Shown: positions 1 through 10,643, counted from the first letter of the stretch. The stretch is 64,000 nt of DNA from Candidatus Latescibacterota bacterium (GCA_965198115.1 OZ240241.1:6816001-6880000); one strand, 5' to 3'. The notes: generated by a model not told the origin, from the sequence alone. Numbers and translations: made by a program.

Positions 1-1
1 A

Positions 2-502
2 GAAGGAGGATTCGTTCCAGGCCTTGAAGATGATGTCGACCTGCTCCTCGAACAGCTCGCGGTTGGCGTCGTCATCGTTCAACGGGGAACCCAGGGTTTC
101 GACTTCGCGAGCGATGTAGCCTCGACCGATGCCGAAACGGAAGCGGCCCCCAGTGAGGACGTCGGCCATGGCGTAGTCCTCAGCCAGTCGCAGGGGATGC
201 CACGCCGGAACGGTGTTGAACATGCATCCATAGTTGAGGCGCTCGGTGACCTGCGAGAGGTAAACGGCGAGCATGGGAATGTTTGGAATGCCACCATAGC
301 CTTCGCGCTGGAAGTGGTGCTCGGCGAGCCACAACGTGTCATAGCCGGATTCATCCATAATGTGAGCGAAGGATCGAGCTTCCTCGAAAACAGTCGCATT
401 ATGTTCGTCGGACTCGATGCGCTCGTCAACCGGCAATCCCTCGAAGCCGAGATTATCCATCTCGACGTGGCCGCCGAAGAAACAATCGAAGTCTGTGATC
501 AT
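2..502 (-). CDS. LLM-class (luciferase-like) flavin-dependent oxidoreductase, 5' part; runs off the window edge
   Basis: Not in the ORF track; translated by hand from ATG at 502: MITDFDCFFGGHVEM...YDTLWLAEHHFQREGYG...WHPLRLAEDYAMADVLTGGRFRFGIGRGY. WLAEHH, HPLRLAED and GIGRGY are typical LLM motifs. Confidence 0.9.
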   Translation of the reverse strand, partial: MITDFDCFFGGHVEMDNLGFEGLPVDERIESDEHNATVFEEARSFAHIMDESGYDTLWLAEHHFQREGYGGIPNIPMLAVYLSQVTERLNYGCMFNTVPAWHPLRLAEDYAMADVLTGGRFRFGIGRGYIAREVETLGSPLNDDDANRELFEEQVDIIFKAWNESSF

Positions 503-675
503 CCTCTACCTGCTTGAAAAGCGGAACACGAAGGCGCGAAAACACGAAGAAATGAAAGACGTTCAGTTCGATGACTGACAATTCGGTCGACCAGAGTGCC
601 GGCCATCTGCGTGGACACCGTCGACTGACAGAGCGTTCTCAATGCATCCGTGATGGTGTCCTCCGTCACTTCAGT

Positions 676-1605
676 CTACTCGTTCGGGACCCAGTCGGGA
701 TAATGTTCGTGCAGAACCCCCTTGCAGGCTTGGTATTCATCTTCGGTGAAACCCTGATAGGGGGACAGCAGGCGCAACGGCATCTCCTCAAATCCTCCCA
801 GGCGCACGATTATCTTGTCGTAGGCGCCATCGATTCGATTTTTTCCTCCCATTAGCGGACCCAGCACATCCTCGAGGAGACTACTGTACTCTCTCTGGAG
901 CACGGTCACTTCAGGCTCCCGTCGATGGATTCCAGCGTCGAAAAACTGTTTGGCCTTTTCTGGACTCAGGGGACCCCACGACGAAAGCAACGAGCACTCG
1001 CCGTGCGTGCAGCCCAAGGGGAAATTTCGTTCGCCGAGGAAGTGTTGCAGCTCTGAAGCTTCGGTCACCAAGGCCTTTGTGCCTGCCTCATCGGCACCTG
1101 TGTTCTTCGTGGCTACGAGATTGGGTACGGCGTCGATGAGACGACGGTAGTCGGCGGCCTTTAAAACACGGCGGGCCCTCGGCAGGTTATAGTGCAGGAA
1201 GCGTGCATCCGGAAAGGCTTCGCACACGTCTTTGAAATACGTAAGCAGTTCGATGTCGTTGAGGGCTTCCCAAGCGGGCAGCGACATCTGGAAGATCCGG
1301 AATCCCGTGTCGTAGGCGAATTTTACACGTTCCACGACGTTCGCTGTGGATAACCCGATGACGCCTACCTGGAAGTGTTTGTCCTCGGCGCACTCAACTG
1401 TCTCCTCGCGGAAGATCTCGACGATCCGCTGGAAGCGTGCCGTGTCTACGGCGTAGCCCTCTCCCGCCGTTCCGAAGATGTAGACGTGGTCGAAGTGTTC
1501 GACCGCGTCTCGGATCTCCTGTCGGAACACGTCTTCCAGCAGCTGCTCGTTCGGATCCCACGGGATTTCGCAGGAAACCAGGATGGCTTGTGGATAGCGC
1601 GGCAT
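676..1605 (-). CDS. Dihydrodipicolinate synthase / N-acetylneuraminate lyase family aldolase
   Basis: FGTAGEG motif, HYNLP, Schiff-base Lys in ATKNT; 309 aa. Confidence 0.85.
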   Translation of the reverse strand: MPRYPQAILVSCEIPWDPNEQLLEDVFRQEIRDAVEHFDHVYIFGTAGEGYAVDTARFQRIVEIFREETVECAEDKHFQVGVIGLSTANVVERVKFAYDTGFRIFQMSLPAWEALNDIELLTYFKDVCEAFPDARFLHYNLPRARRVLKAADYRRLIDAVPNLVATKNTGADEAGTKALVTEASELQHFLGERNFPLGCTHGECSLLSSWGPLSPEKAKQFFDAGIHRREPEVTVLQREYSSLLEDVLGPLMGGKNRIDGAYDKIIVRLGGFEEMPLRLLSPYQGFTEDEYQACKGVLHEHYPDWVPNE

Positions 1606-1711
1606 GATCTTCTTCTCCGAATCGATTCTCAGGGATGCTCGATCTGCAGTCCCGTACGGTTCCGTTTAAATTCGTAGCCAGCGCGACGATCCGGATATGC
1701 CGATCGGGGCG

Positions 1712-2488
1712 TCATCTTTCGCCAGCCGGTCGCCGGTCGAACTCTGTCGTGAAGCGAATGTCGAGGACGCTTTCTGCCCGGGCGACATCGAACCGCTCCC
1801 TGGCCGAGGGTGCTCCGACGAGGTGGAATACATCGTGGCCTTCGTGCGGGATCTCCAGCGCCCGAACGCAGGCCAATCCGACATCGTACCGATGCACCCA
1901 GCTCTTGTCGGCTATCGCTTGTTGCCAGGCCTCGTCCCCGCGCTTGCTCATCCCAAGCTCGAGATCGACGATATCGCCGAGACGAAGAGAGACGATGTTC
2001 ATGCCAAAGAGCTGAACGAACCAGCGGCAGATTTCCTCCTGAAGTCGCTTGGTGAGGTCATAGATGCTTCCGACGCCCGCATAGGGTGTGTCCCGATCCA
2101 CGAACGTGCCGGGCGGATGATCCACGTGCGTTTCTGCCGCGGCGATCTGGATCACTCGGTCCACACCTTCACGGCGTGCCGCTTCGAGAACGTTGTAGGT
2201 GCCACGCACGTTCACAGCCGTGGGCACTGGATCGTCCGGTTCGTAAAGGCCACGTAACACGGTGCTGGCCACGGCTGCGTGAATCACCGCTTCCTGGCCT
2301 TCGACCGCCGACTGCACCGACTCGTATTCGGTCACGCTCCCATAAACGATCTCCCCGTCAAAGTTCAGCTCTTCACGCGGTGCTTCAGGCGATTCTAGAT
2401 CGAACACGCGCACCGTGTGATGCCGGCTCACTGTTTCTGTGAGTGCTTTCCCGAGCCAGCCCAGACCACCTGTTATCAATACGTTCAC
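1712..2488 (-). CDS. NAD-dependent epimerase/dehydratase (extended SDR)
   Basis: ITGGLGWLG Rossmann motif, VIHAA, NVRGTYNVLEAA, catalytic YxxxK (YDLTK). Confidence 0.9.
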   Translation of the reverse strand: MNVLITGGLGWLGKALTETVSRHHTVRVFDLESPEAPREELNFDGEIVYGSVTEYESVQSAVEGQEAVIHAAVASTVLRGLYEPDDPVPTAVNVRGTYNVLEAARREGVDRVIQIAAAETHVDHPPGTFVDRDTPYAGVGSIYDLTKRLQEEICRWFVQLFGMNIVSLRLGDIVDLELGMSKRGDEAWQQAIADKSWVHRYDVGLACVRALEIPHEGHDVFHLVGAPSARERFDVARAESVLDIRFTTEFDRRPAGER

Positions 2489-2500
2489 GTGATCTCCCCT

Positions 2501-3577
2501 TCACCCGGTCAAACACGCTGGGTCGAAGGCGTAGCCCTCTTGAAGCCAGTCGACGATCTCTTCGGCGAATGGCGACTGAAAAGCGGTGTACTTCTCGATC
2601 GTTGCGCGCTTCTCGTCCTCGTTCATCCCATCCAGACCCCGATCCTGAAAGACGGGTACATCCTCCGCAATCGCAGCCACCAGGCCGGCATCGCAGAGGG
2701 CATCGACCGCATCCGGAAGGGCGACCTGTGGATCGTATCGATCTTTCAGATCATAGCTCGCTGCGAGCGTCCTGATCGGTATCTGTGACAGCCAGGCTTG
2801 ATTCATAGGGTTCACCGCGTGGCCAGACGTCCACTCGGCCATCTGATGCGGTCGGTTTTCGTAGGCCCTCATCAGAAGGAATCGGGACCGCTTTTCGCTG
2901 TCGTTCACGGGGTAGTTATCCCAGATGAACGGTTTCCGACCCAATCGCTCCGTGGCTTCCCTCAGATGGTCTTCCGGATATCCTGTCGAGCAGACATCGG
3001 GTCCGGTCCAGAAGATGTCGACTTCAGGGTCGATGCGGGCGCCCAGCGTCTCCCAGTAGCCCTCAGGCATTTCCCCGAAGATCTTCTCAAGAATGGGGTC
3101 GAACGTGTAGTAGGTCGGACAGAGGATGAAACGACGCGCCGTGCTCTGATCCGCGATCCACTTGAAGACCTCCGCCTGCGTTTCCGCCAACCGGGGCACG
3201 TCTCCCTTCATGTCGTCCAGCAGGACACACAGAATGTCAGGATCGATTCGATTGATCTCGTCGATCTTCTGCCTCAGAGCTTGCCTGGCCGTGTCGTCGA
3301 ACGCCAGGTAGATCTCAAACGGGCTCAATCCGATCCCCCAAGCCACGTTCTGATCTTTGTAGACCGAGCCCAGCTGCATCAAGCTTTCGACTTGGTCTTC
3401 CGGCCAGCTCTCCCGCCATCTGCGTCTCAAGTAGGCATCGTCTTTGGGCGCGTAGATGTAGAAGCCGAATCCGTTCGCTCGCAGGAAGTCGGCGTACGCC
3501 TCCCGCGCGTCCCAGCTCCAGGACCGTCCGTAGAATCCCTCGATGACGCCGCGAACGAAAAGATGAGACACGCTCAC
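2501..3577 (-). CDS. GH84 beta-N-acetylglucosaminidase (O-GlcNAcase/hyaluronidase-like) catalytic-domain protein
   Basis: RGVIEGFYG, YIYAPKDD, catalytic DD (LLDDM), CPTYY, FWTG, IWDNYPVND, NPMNQ: the full GH84 motif set. Confidence 0.93.
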   Translation of the reverse strand: MSVSHLFVRGVIEGFYGRSWSWDAREAYADFLRANGFGFYIYAPKDDAYLRRRWRESWPEDQVESLMQLGSVYKDQNVAWGIGLSPFEIYLAFDDTARQALRQKIDEINRIDPDILCVLLDDMKGDVPRLAETQAEVFKWIADQSTARRFILCPTYYTFDPILEKIFGEMPEGYWETLGARIDPEVDIFWTGPDVCSTGYPEDHLREATERLGRKPFIWDNYPVNDSEKRSRFLLMRAYENRPHQMAEWTSGHAVNPMNQAWLSQIPIRTLAASYDLKDRYDPQVALPDAVDALCDAGLVAAIAEDVPVFQDRGLDGMNEDEKRATIEKYTAFQSPFAEEIVDWLQEGYAFDPACLTG

Positions 3578-3622
3578 TCAGGCCTCTGGCCGACGAACGC
3601 ACGCCGTTGGAGCGCTGGGCGA

Positions 3623-4384
3623 TCAGCACGCATCGCAGGCGGTGCGGAACTGATCGAAGGTCGTGCCATAGCCGAGGCTCCACTCGAAGATGTGGATGCC
3701 ATAGTTCGTCGCAAGTCGTTGAGGGAAGGACTCCGGCGTCTCGACGCCGAGCGTGGCGTCGCGTACGAGGACACTGCGATAGCCGCGGGCCACCATCGCT
3801 CGCGCACCGCCTTCGGCCCCTAGGATGCACATGTCCGTGGCGAATCCCGTGTAGATGAGTGTGTCGACACCGTGGTCACGCAAGTAGGAGTCCAGCTGGT
3901 CGGAGTAGAAGACGAGGGGTTCGTCATCCCGGGGCGATACGATCTCGGCTCGGCGCATATTTGCCAGGGGGGATTTCGTCATGTAGTCCCGGCCGTGGGC
4001 TCGATCCAGCATGGCACGTCGGTGGGGATGTACGTCTTCGGTCTCTGACGAACGTCGGGTGGCTATCTCTGGATACTGATGGTCCATCCAGTCCGTCTCG
4101 ACGTGGCAGACGTGCAAACCGACCGACCGAGCCGCGTCCATGGCCGGGCGGATGACTTCGGCCATGATGCGAGCCGCTTCCTCGGTTGCTTGAGGCCAGC
4201 CCATGCCCACGCAGTAATCCAAGTCGACCGGTGGCCCGTCCGAACAGCCAATGTTCCAACAGTGCAGAGCGACGAGGGCGGTCTTGCCGACTGGAAGGGA
4301 CAGCGTCTTTTCCTCGTAGCCTGGACGGTCGACGGGGAGCGATCGATAGTAGCGAGCGCTCAGCTCGAGGTTAGATCCTCCCAC
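3623..4384 (-). CDS. Isochorismatase-like cysteine hydrolase
   Basis: KTALVALHCWN, LIYTGFATDMC, LVRDAT; paralogue of 39724-40482. Start moved to GTG 4384, just after the upstream PhyH stop. Confidence 0.8.
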   Translation of the reverse strand: MGGSNLELSARYYRSLPVDRPGYEEKTLSLPVGKTALVALHCWNIGCSDGPPVDLDYCVGMGWPQATEEAARIMAEVIRPAMDAARSVGLHVCHVETDWMDHQYPEIATRRSSETEDVHPHRRAMLDRAHGRDYMTKSPLANMRRAEIVSPRDDEPLVFYSDQLDSYLRDHGVDTLIYTGFATDMCILGAEGGARAMVARGYRSVLVRDATLGVETPESFPQRLATNYGIHIFEWSLGYGTTFDQFRTACDAC

Positions 4385-4386
4385 CG

Positions 4387-5157
4387 CTATTTCAGCCCCA
4401 GCTCCACCCACTTGGAGGTCAGTCGCTTGATACGTGGGTTGTCGTTGTGAAGAAATGCGTCGGTGAAAGCGCGTCCAGGCTGGCTGTACTGAAGGTTCTC
4501 GATGTTTCGGAGGACGCCGTCGTAGTTGTCCTTCATCATCTTGACGTGCGTATCCGACGTGGGTTCGGGCACGAAGTTCACTGCGAGGTGACGGCGCCCC
4601 GGATGCCCGCCGAACGAGGCGTGCCACGTGTTCATGTCAGAGAAGACGACGTCTCCCGGGTGGGTTTCGAGGGAACAGCTGGGGATCTCTGTACCCGGCC
4701 GATCGGACTGGGCAATCGGTCTGACATCGTCGTGATAAGGGAGCCGATGGGAGCCGGGAATCACGCGGAGACTCCCCGTATTGGCTGTCAGCGGGTCGAG
4801 ATAAAGCGAAACCTTCATGGGGCGATAGTCCAGGCGCGTGCCATCGGGATGCCATTTCGTATCGCCGACGTAGAGGTTGCCTTCAGAACAAAGCCAGAGG
4901 AACCCTTCTCCTAGGAGGGACTCGACCGTACTGTAGATGCGGTCATCGGCTACCAGCTCGGTGATAAGGGGTTCGAGTTCCGCGATGCCATAGAGGGACT
5001 GCCGGCTCGCACCTGGAAAGGGCGCGCCGTCTCTTTCGGCGTCCAACCAATGGTCGTAGCGCTCGCTGATAGCCTCCATCTCGTCGGAGTCAAACAGCCG
5101 AGGGCGGAAGAGATACCCGAAGGTCCGAAAGAAGGCAATCTGGTCGTCTGATATCAC
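4387..5157 (-). CDS. Phytanoyl-CoA dioxygenase (PhyH) family Fe(II)/2OG dioxygenase
   Basis: FFRTFGY, WHPD, LRVIPGSH, PGDVV, WHAS, RR; GTG start at 5157 with a GGAGAG RBS. Confidence 0.9.
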   Translation of the reverse strand: MISDDQIAFFRTFGYLFRPRLFDSDEMEAISERYDHWLDAERDGAPFPGASRQSLYGIAELEPLITELVADDRIYSTVESLLGEGFLWLCSEGNLYVGDTKWHPDGTRLDYRPMKVSLYLDPLTANTGSLRVIPGSHRLPYHDDVRPIAQSDRPGTEIPSCSLETHPGDVVFSDMNTWHASFGGHPGRRHLAVNFVPEPTSDTHVKMMKDNYDGVLRNIENLQYSQPGRAFTDAFLHNDNPRIKRLTSKWVELGLK

Positions 5158-5170
5158 GGTTCTCTCCGTG

Positions 5171-5199
5171 TTGTGAGATGACGGGATGAGCGGTAGTAT
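5171..5199 (+). promoter_or_regulatory. Putative sigma70-type promoter for the 5306 PhyH gene
   Basis: TTGTGA (5171-5176), 17-nt spacer, TAGTAT (5194-5199) in the divergent intergenic region. Confidence 0.4.
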
Positions 5200-5305
5200 A
5201 AACCGGTGGCCTGCTGCGTGTCGAGCTGCTTGACGGGTGGTAGAGAGGTTCAGCCATGAGTCCAGACATCGTTGATTCAAGATTTCTGAAGACGGAGGTG
5301 AAACA

Positions 5306-6115
5306 ATGACTCCCGAGCAGGAAAAGACCCATTTCGACACCTTCGGATTCATCGTCAAGCGTGAGCTCTTCCAGCCCGACGAGATGGAAGCGATGTCACG
5401 ATGGTTCGATGAAGGCTTTGCGAACTATCACGGGGAGCTTGGTAAGGAAAAGCAGTTCATCGAGCCGGGCCTTCAGCTGCATCCGGGTTTGTGCGAGTCC
5501 TATCTCGACGACCCGCGCATCCTGGATGCGCTCGAGAATCTGATCGGTGAGGGTTGTGTGCTCTGCGCTTCTGACGCCCAGCGGACAGTCGGCAACAGCA
5601 AGTGGCATCACGACTCGACCATCCCGATGGAAGAGGGCAGACCGGACGAATACGTGATGCTCAAAGTGCAGATGTATTTCGAGGACCTGAAGCGCGGGCG
5701 AGGATGTCTGTCAGTACTTCCCGGTAGCCACAAGAAAGGTTACGGCGAGGCACTTCGCGCGGTATGGAAGATCGAAAGCCCGATCGATCCGCAGACACCG
5801 ACGCCAATGGGCGCGACTCCGCCCGAAATGCCTGGTGCGCTACCCATCGAGACGCGACCAGGTGATATCATCTTCTTCAACCAGAAGCTGGGCCACTCGT
5901 CGTGGGGTGGACCAAGGGGCCGTCGTTTTCTTGGGCTGACGTTCGGGGAGAAGCCGACGAAGGGCTGGCACCACGAGTGGCTGATTCATCACGCTGACAG
6001 GTGGCAGAAGGCGTGCATGAACGAGGCCAAGACCCAGTTCCCCGAGCACCTGGTAAAGAACGCGGGGCCCCGTTTGAAAAAGGCTATCGAGTATCTTCAC
6101 AGCAAAGGCTATTAG
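5306..6115 (+). CDS. PhyH-family dioxygenase
   Basis: HFDTFGF, WHHD, LSVLPGSH, PGDIIFF, GHSS; GGAGG RBS. Confidence 0.9.
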   Translation: MTPEQEKTHFDTFGFIVKRELFQPDEMEAMSRWFDEGFANYHGELGKEKQFIEPGLQLHPGLCESYLDDPRILDALENLIGEGCVLCASDAQRTVGNSKWHHDSTIPMEEGRPDEYVMLKVQMYFEDLKRGRGCLSVLPGSHKKGYGEALRAVWKIESPIDPQTPTPMGATPPEMPGALPIETRPGDIIFFNQKLGHSSWGGPRGRRFLGLTFGEKPTKGWHHEWLIHHADRWQKACMNEAKTQFPEHLVKNAGPRLKKAIEYLHSKGY

Positions 6116-6136
6116 ACGTTGTAATTGAAGATGGAA

Positions 6137-7871
6137 TCACCCCGGAGTCTGGTAGGTGAGGTCGTAGTCCCCGACTCGCAGCAAGGGTATGGGCTCAGCT
6201 GCAATCTTCGGCTCGCCCTGGCTGATCCAATCCTCGATTTCCTCGCGATGACCGAGCCTGCGTAAGACGTTCCACGCTAGACTATGGTTCGCCCGCCCAA
6301 AAGCTCCTGCTGAATCCCAGAAGAAGAGTCGCTCAACACCCAGCCCATACAAGAAAGCCGCCTTCCGACAGAAGGCTTCTGGCGTCATGTGACGGGGCAT
6401 GATGTTGAGCCCGAGCTCGCAGTCTTTCCCCTCAGTCAGGTTCACGAAGTGCAGCACTTCGTCATCGTCGATCCATGCCTCTGCTCCACTGTTCAGCTCG
6501 GGGGCAGACGTGTATGGAATCAGCGTGTCCAGAAGACCCTCATCGATCCACGTCTCCAGGTCGAGTCCGTTCAGCTCGTTTTCGACACGATTCATCACGC
6601 ACGCGGAAACGGAGACGCGCTCACGATTCTCCTGCTCGGCGAGTCCGTCCAGCGCGGCGCGAAGTTCCCTGTGGAAATCCGTGAGAGCTGAACAACGATG
6701 GACCAGCCAACTCGTCGTGGTCGTCCAATTGGCAGGGATCTTCGCCATACGCATCGATAAAGCTTTCGACGAGGGGCGGATCGTATCCCGTCAGCGGCGG
6801 CCGGCGATTATAGAGGATGCAGACGCCGTCGATCGGCTTTCGGGCGACTTCGGTCAACAGTCCGATGACGAATCGACGAGCGTCGGGAAAAGCGTATGAG
6901 ATCCGGGGAGCCGGGCGCCCGTCCTTGCCGAACATCCTGAGGTCCGGTCGCTGGAAGTAGAGGCTGCCAGGGTTCCATTGCTCCAGCGGCGATGGATAGA
7001 AGAAACCGGCCGTGCGATAGCTGGCGTGGAATTCCATCCCCATCTCGTGGGCGCTGTCCACGACGATATCGAGGGGGTCCAGCTGCTTCTCGCGGAATGT
7101 GCGCCAGGTTTGGGCGTGAAGCCGGTCGCCCTGGCGTTCGAAGTCGTCGATGCCGTCGCAAGTCGGCAGACGTCCGGCTTCACCCAGATAGGACAGAACG
7201 TCACCGGAGGCGCATTCCCAGTAGATGCGGGCGAAGTCGGTATGACGATAGGGTTCGAGCTCGCGCCGAACTGCTTCTTCTGTTGCTGAGCCGAACAAGT
7301 AGAGATAACCGTGTGCATCGTTGTGGGCGAACAGCCTGCGTGTTTCGGTCTGGTCCCGATCGGCCACCAACGCCTCGACATCCTCTTCCGACAGAGGGAC
7401 CAGCTTGACGTAGGCCAATCGCGTGCGCTCGCACCGGAAGGATGCGGGTTCGTCTGCGGCGCCCGCTTCGGTGCAGACCTGGCGGATGGCTAGAGACTGT
7501 CCCGTCAGGTCGGCTTCTTTCCACCACAACTCTTGAATGCTGTGGCGATGTGCCAATTCCGTGCTCACGCCAACGTGCAGGATGGAGAATGCTGCGTCGT
7601 CACTCAGCTTCAGCTCGATGGCGCCACGGGATCGGTGTTCGGGATAGACACCGACCTCGATTCGATGCCAGCCCGACCGATCGAGATCGAGGGTCACTTC
7701 CGGTGCGGCCGTTTCCTCGCCTGCGCTGAGAAGCGTGCCGGTGAGGTTTGCCGTCTCATAGTGTTGAAGTAGCCAGGTGCGCCGCAGGGGCGATGTGGAC
7801 AAGGATGACGCAGGCTGGCAGCGATCTAAATTCGTCATGCAGATCGCAGATTCTGTGAATTCGTTGGTCAC
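6137..7871 (-). CDS. Glycoside-hydrolase-like (GHL10-type TIM barrel) protein, split by a frameshift near 6710
   Basis: ORFs 6621-7871 and 6137-6754 join at DDHDE/WLVHR. Motifs SYAFPDAR, DGVCILYNRRPP and DLETWIDEGLLD are shared with the 24573-27154 protein. Confidence 0.6.
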
Positions 7872-7880
7872 GGCTCGGCC

Positions 7881-10643
7881 TCACACCTTGGTGATCGGTC
7901 TTTGAACGATCTTGGATTGTTCAGTGCGCATTCTCCGATTTCTATAGACGAACTGCTCGAGGCCCCGCGGGGGTGCGTCGGTCTCCAGTCCGAGTGAGAA
8001 CTCGACAATCGTTCCACTTGGTAAGACATACGAACAGGAGACTGGTGCGGGTACGTCCAGCGACGAGATTTCCCGATCTAAGGGTTCGGGCCTCCCCGCC
8101 GGCAGCATTTTGTAGCGCGCTCCCGCAACCGTATCGAAGCAGATCAGGTCCGTATCGAACCGATCAGCTTTATCTGCTGTAGTCACTGTGACCGCGGTGT
8201 TCCACGGGTTGCGCACACGACAGGTTTCTCCGAGACGAGACTCGATTTCCACGAATTCGATCTCGCCGTCGCGTATTGAGGCGGTGACGAGAAAGCCCCC
8301 GAAGACGAGCATACGAAACAAGGCGTCCCACGCTTGGGGCCAGGAAGGGAAAAGGAGTATCACCTCAGGCTCGCCTGGCGCCGGAGCGGCTGCGTGGACG
8401 AGGGCGTCCTGGATCGTTGATGTGACCATACCCGACGGCTCCAGGCCCTGGGACTGGACGCCTTGCTCGAAGCAATTCAGGCCGTTGGCCAGCTGGGGCG
8501 TATACGCACCAAAGTGCGCGGCCAGAATATCGGGCAATTCGTCCCCTCTACCAGCGCGGGCACAGGGCATGGGGGTCCGTACCAAAGACGGTCGCCAGTG
8601 TTTGCCGGTCATGACATCCTTGTGATTCGGGCATTCGTCGATGGTCTTCTGGGCGATTTTGTCGACTTCCGGGTCACGCGTTTCCAGCGTCCACGTGGCG
8701 AAGGGGTAGATGGGAGAGATCCAGACGTCCTCGTATGGATATTTATCTCGCTCCACGTCGAGCTCGAGAAGGTGGCCGGCTGCCCACGCGCCTTCGTCGA
8801 GTACACTGAGGTTCAGGTTCTTTGCTCCCTGATCGCTCCCCAGCGGATAGGGTGTGAGGTGGTCTACGATGTCCTGCCACTCGGTGCGAATACCGGGGTC
8901 GAGATCGAGTATCTCGGCGGCCTGAATCGCGGCGGGTGTGATGGCCCGAATAGCCGCCAGATCCTTGAGGCTGTCTTTGACGACGTAGAAGGACTCCATG
9001 ACGTGTGTGCCATAGAGATGGTAGTGTCCGTCGTTCTCCTTCCTGAGTAGGTGTCGGTAGAGCTCGGTCGTTCCCTTGAGGAGCGGGTAGGCGTGCGAGC
9101 GCAACCACGCTCGGTCTCCCGTAGCGCGGAATCTCCACCAGGCGTGTAGCGCGATCTTGGGACCCGTCGAGACGATGTGGCTGATGGCCGCGAACGGTTT
9201 TTCCCAGCCTGGGGCGTCGCCCCGCTTCTTGTCGTAACGGGTGACGTGGTGGGCGTGCGATTCGTGCTGGCAGAGGGCGAGTGTTTCCGTCGACAGCGTT
9301 TCCTCGTTAGCACGCCAGAGGAAGTAGTCGCGAAACTCGCGTGCACACCCGTCGGGAAGTACAACGGGACCGTCCGTCGGACACGTCTCCGGGAAGTAGG
9401 CGCCGCTTTCGACGCCCCATCGCTGCCGAGCGGCGGTTTCACACAGCGGAAGCTGGCGCACATACGTGTCGAAGTACGGGTCGGTCACGTCAATCGCATC
9501 GGCCGCGATGAGCGGCGCGTAGGCCGTCTCCGCGATCCATTGCCAGATCTGGGTACCGAGTTGATGGCTGTCGCCGTTGGTCTGAAAGTTAAGCCCTGAT
9601 ATCTGCGGTACCGGGACATCGCCACGCGAAGCGCACGCGGCATAGTAGAGGTGCAACGTGCGGATTCGTTCAAAGTAGTCGGCGAGCCCGTCTTCGCTGT
9701 GCAGGTGGACGAATGTGCGAGACCAGTAGGCGTGCCACCATTCGACGTGCTGTTGGCGAAGGGCGTCGTAAGAGTGAGATGCATCGTCGAGGAGGGACAA
9801 CGCGTCGGCAACTACGTCTGTATCCGGGTCCGCCGACGCGGCGCTCGAAACCAGGATCGTCCGCCTGCCGGTCGCAGCAGGAAGGACGATGGCGCGAGCC
9901 TGGGGCGATCCCTCCGTTCGTGGCGGATGGTCAACGGGCTTCAGGCCTTCGTCCCACCAGACCGGTTGAATGGGGAGTGGTTCGGCCTCTTGGATGTGCG
10001 TGTTGTCTGCGATGGCTGAGGCAGCCACGGCGGCTGAAGCGTCGTAGACTTCCTCGCGGAATACACGCGTCTCGTGGAATCGCTGGGTCAGCAGGATCCG
10101 GTCTCCGATTTCGTCGAACGCACTGCGCGCGACGTGTGTGCCCGTGTCGATCTCCTCTTCGATTCGTGGGTGGACGAGCTTGAGAGGCGTTTCAACAACA
10201 GGTGCGCGCCACATCGACACAGTGAATCGTATGTCCTTCGGGTCATCACGTCGGTCGTCGATTTCCATGACGACGAGATCGGCGATGGAGGAAACGAAGC
10301 ATCGTACGCTCAGGTCGGAACCCGATATCGTGCACTCGGCGTCGTAGATTGAGAGATGCTGGCGATACGCGTCGCCTTCGAAGACGAGGCTTCCCACGTC
10401 GAGGTCGATTCTGGCACAGGGCCCGCGATAGTCCACGGGATTCTTGTGGTTGCCAGCGTGGTTTCGGTCGGAAGAGAAGACGTCGTTGCGATTGATCTGG
10501 GCCCTGACCGAACTGGCCGTAGGCCAAACGGTCATTCCCACACAGCCGTTGCCGATGGGCGTGCCTTCGAGGGACACTTCGGGTGGGGACAGGTAGACGA
10601 TGTCGGCCCGAGATACGAGGGAATGGTGATCGGCGGTCAACAT
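7881..10643 (-). CDS. GH95-like (alpha-fucosidase-related) glycoside hydrolase
   Basis: PIGNG near the N-terminus, HVEWWHAYWSR, GAYFPET, AYPLLKG, LFPSWPQAWD...GGFLVTAS C-terminal sandwich; start moved to ATG 10643. Confidence 0.75.
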   Translation of the reverse strand: MLTADHHSLVSRADIVYLSPPEVSLEGTPIGNGCVGMTVWPTASSVRAQINRNDVFSSDRNHAGNHKNPVDYRGPCARIDLDVGSLVFEGDAYRQHLSIYDAECTISGSDLSVRCFVSSIADLVVMEIDDRRDDPKDIRFTVSMWRAPVVETPLKLVHPRIEEEIDTGTHVARSAFDEIGDRILLTQRFHETRVFREEVYDASAAVAASAIADNTHIQEAEPLPIQPVWWDEGLKPVDHPPRTEGSPQARAIVLPAATGRRTILVSSAASADPDTDVVADALSLLDDASHSYDALRQQHVEWWHAYWSRTFVHLHSEDGLADYFERIRTLHLYYAACASRGDVPVPQISGLNFQTNGDSHQLGTQIWQWIAETAYAPLIAADAIDVTDPYFDTYVRQLPLCETAARQRWGVESGAYFPETCPTDGPVVLPDGCAREFRDYFLWRANEETLSTETLALCQHESHAHHVTRYDKKRGDAPGWEKPFAAISHIVSTGPKIALHAWWRFRATGDRAWLRSHAYPLLKGTTELYRHLLRKENDGHYHLYGTHVMESFYVVKDSLKDLAAIRAITPAAIQAAEILDLDPGIRTEWQDIVDHLTPYPLGSDQGAKNLNLSVLDEGAWAAGHLLELDVERDKYPYEDVWISPIYPFATWTLETRDPEVDKIAQKTIDECPNHKDVMTGKHWRPSLVRTPMPCARAGRGDELPDILAAHFGAYTPQLANGLNCFEQGVQSQGLEPSGMVTSTIQDALVHAAAPAPGEPEVILLFPSWPQAWDALFRMLVFGGFLVTASIRDGEIEFVEIESRLGETCRVRNPWNTAVTVTTADKADRFDTDLICFDTVAGARYKMLPAGRPEPLDREISSLDVPAPVSCSYVLPSGTIVEFSLGLETDAPPRGLEQFVYRNRRMRTEQSKIVQRPITKV

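Noticed and set aside
2798-3823. Long antisense ORFs (also 14935-15837, 20222-21064, 37915-38721, 43296-44060, 59460-60197 and others)
   Set aside because: Shadows of well-supported genes on the opposite strand in GC-rich DNA; no motifs.
4385-4627. N-terminal extension of ORF 3623-4627, and similar extensions of ORFs ending at 5358, 32422, 42596 and 44387
   Set aside because: They overlap neighbouring genes or repeats; better starts lie downstream.
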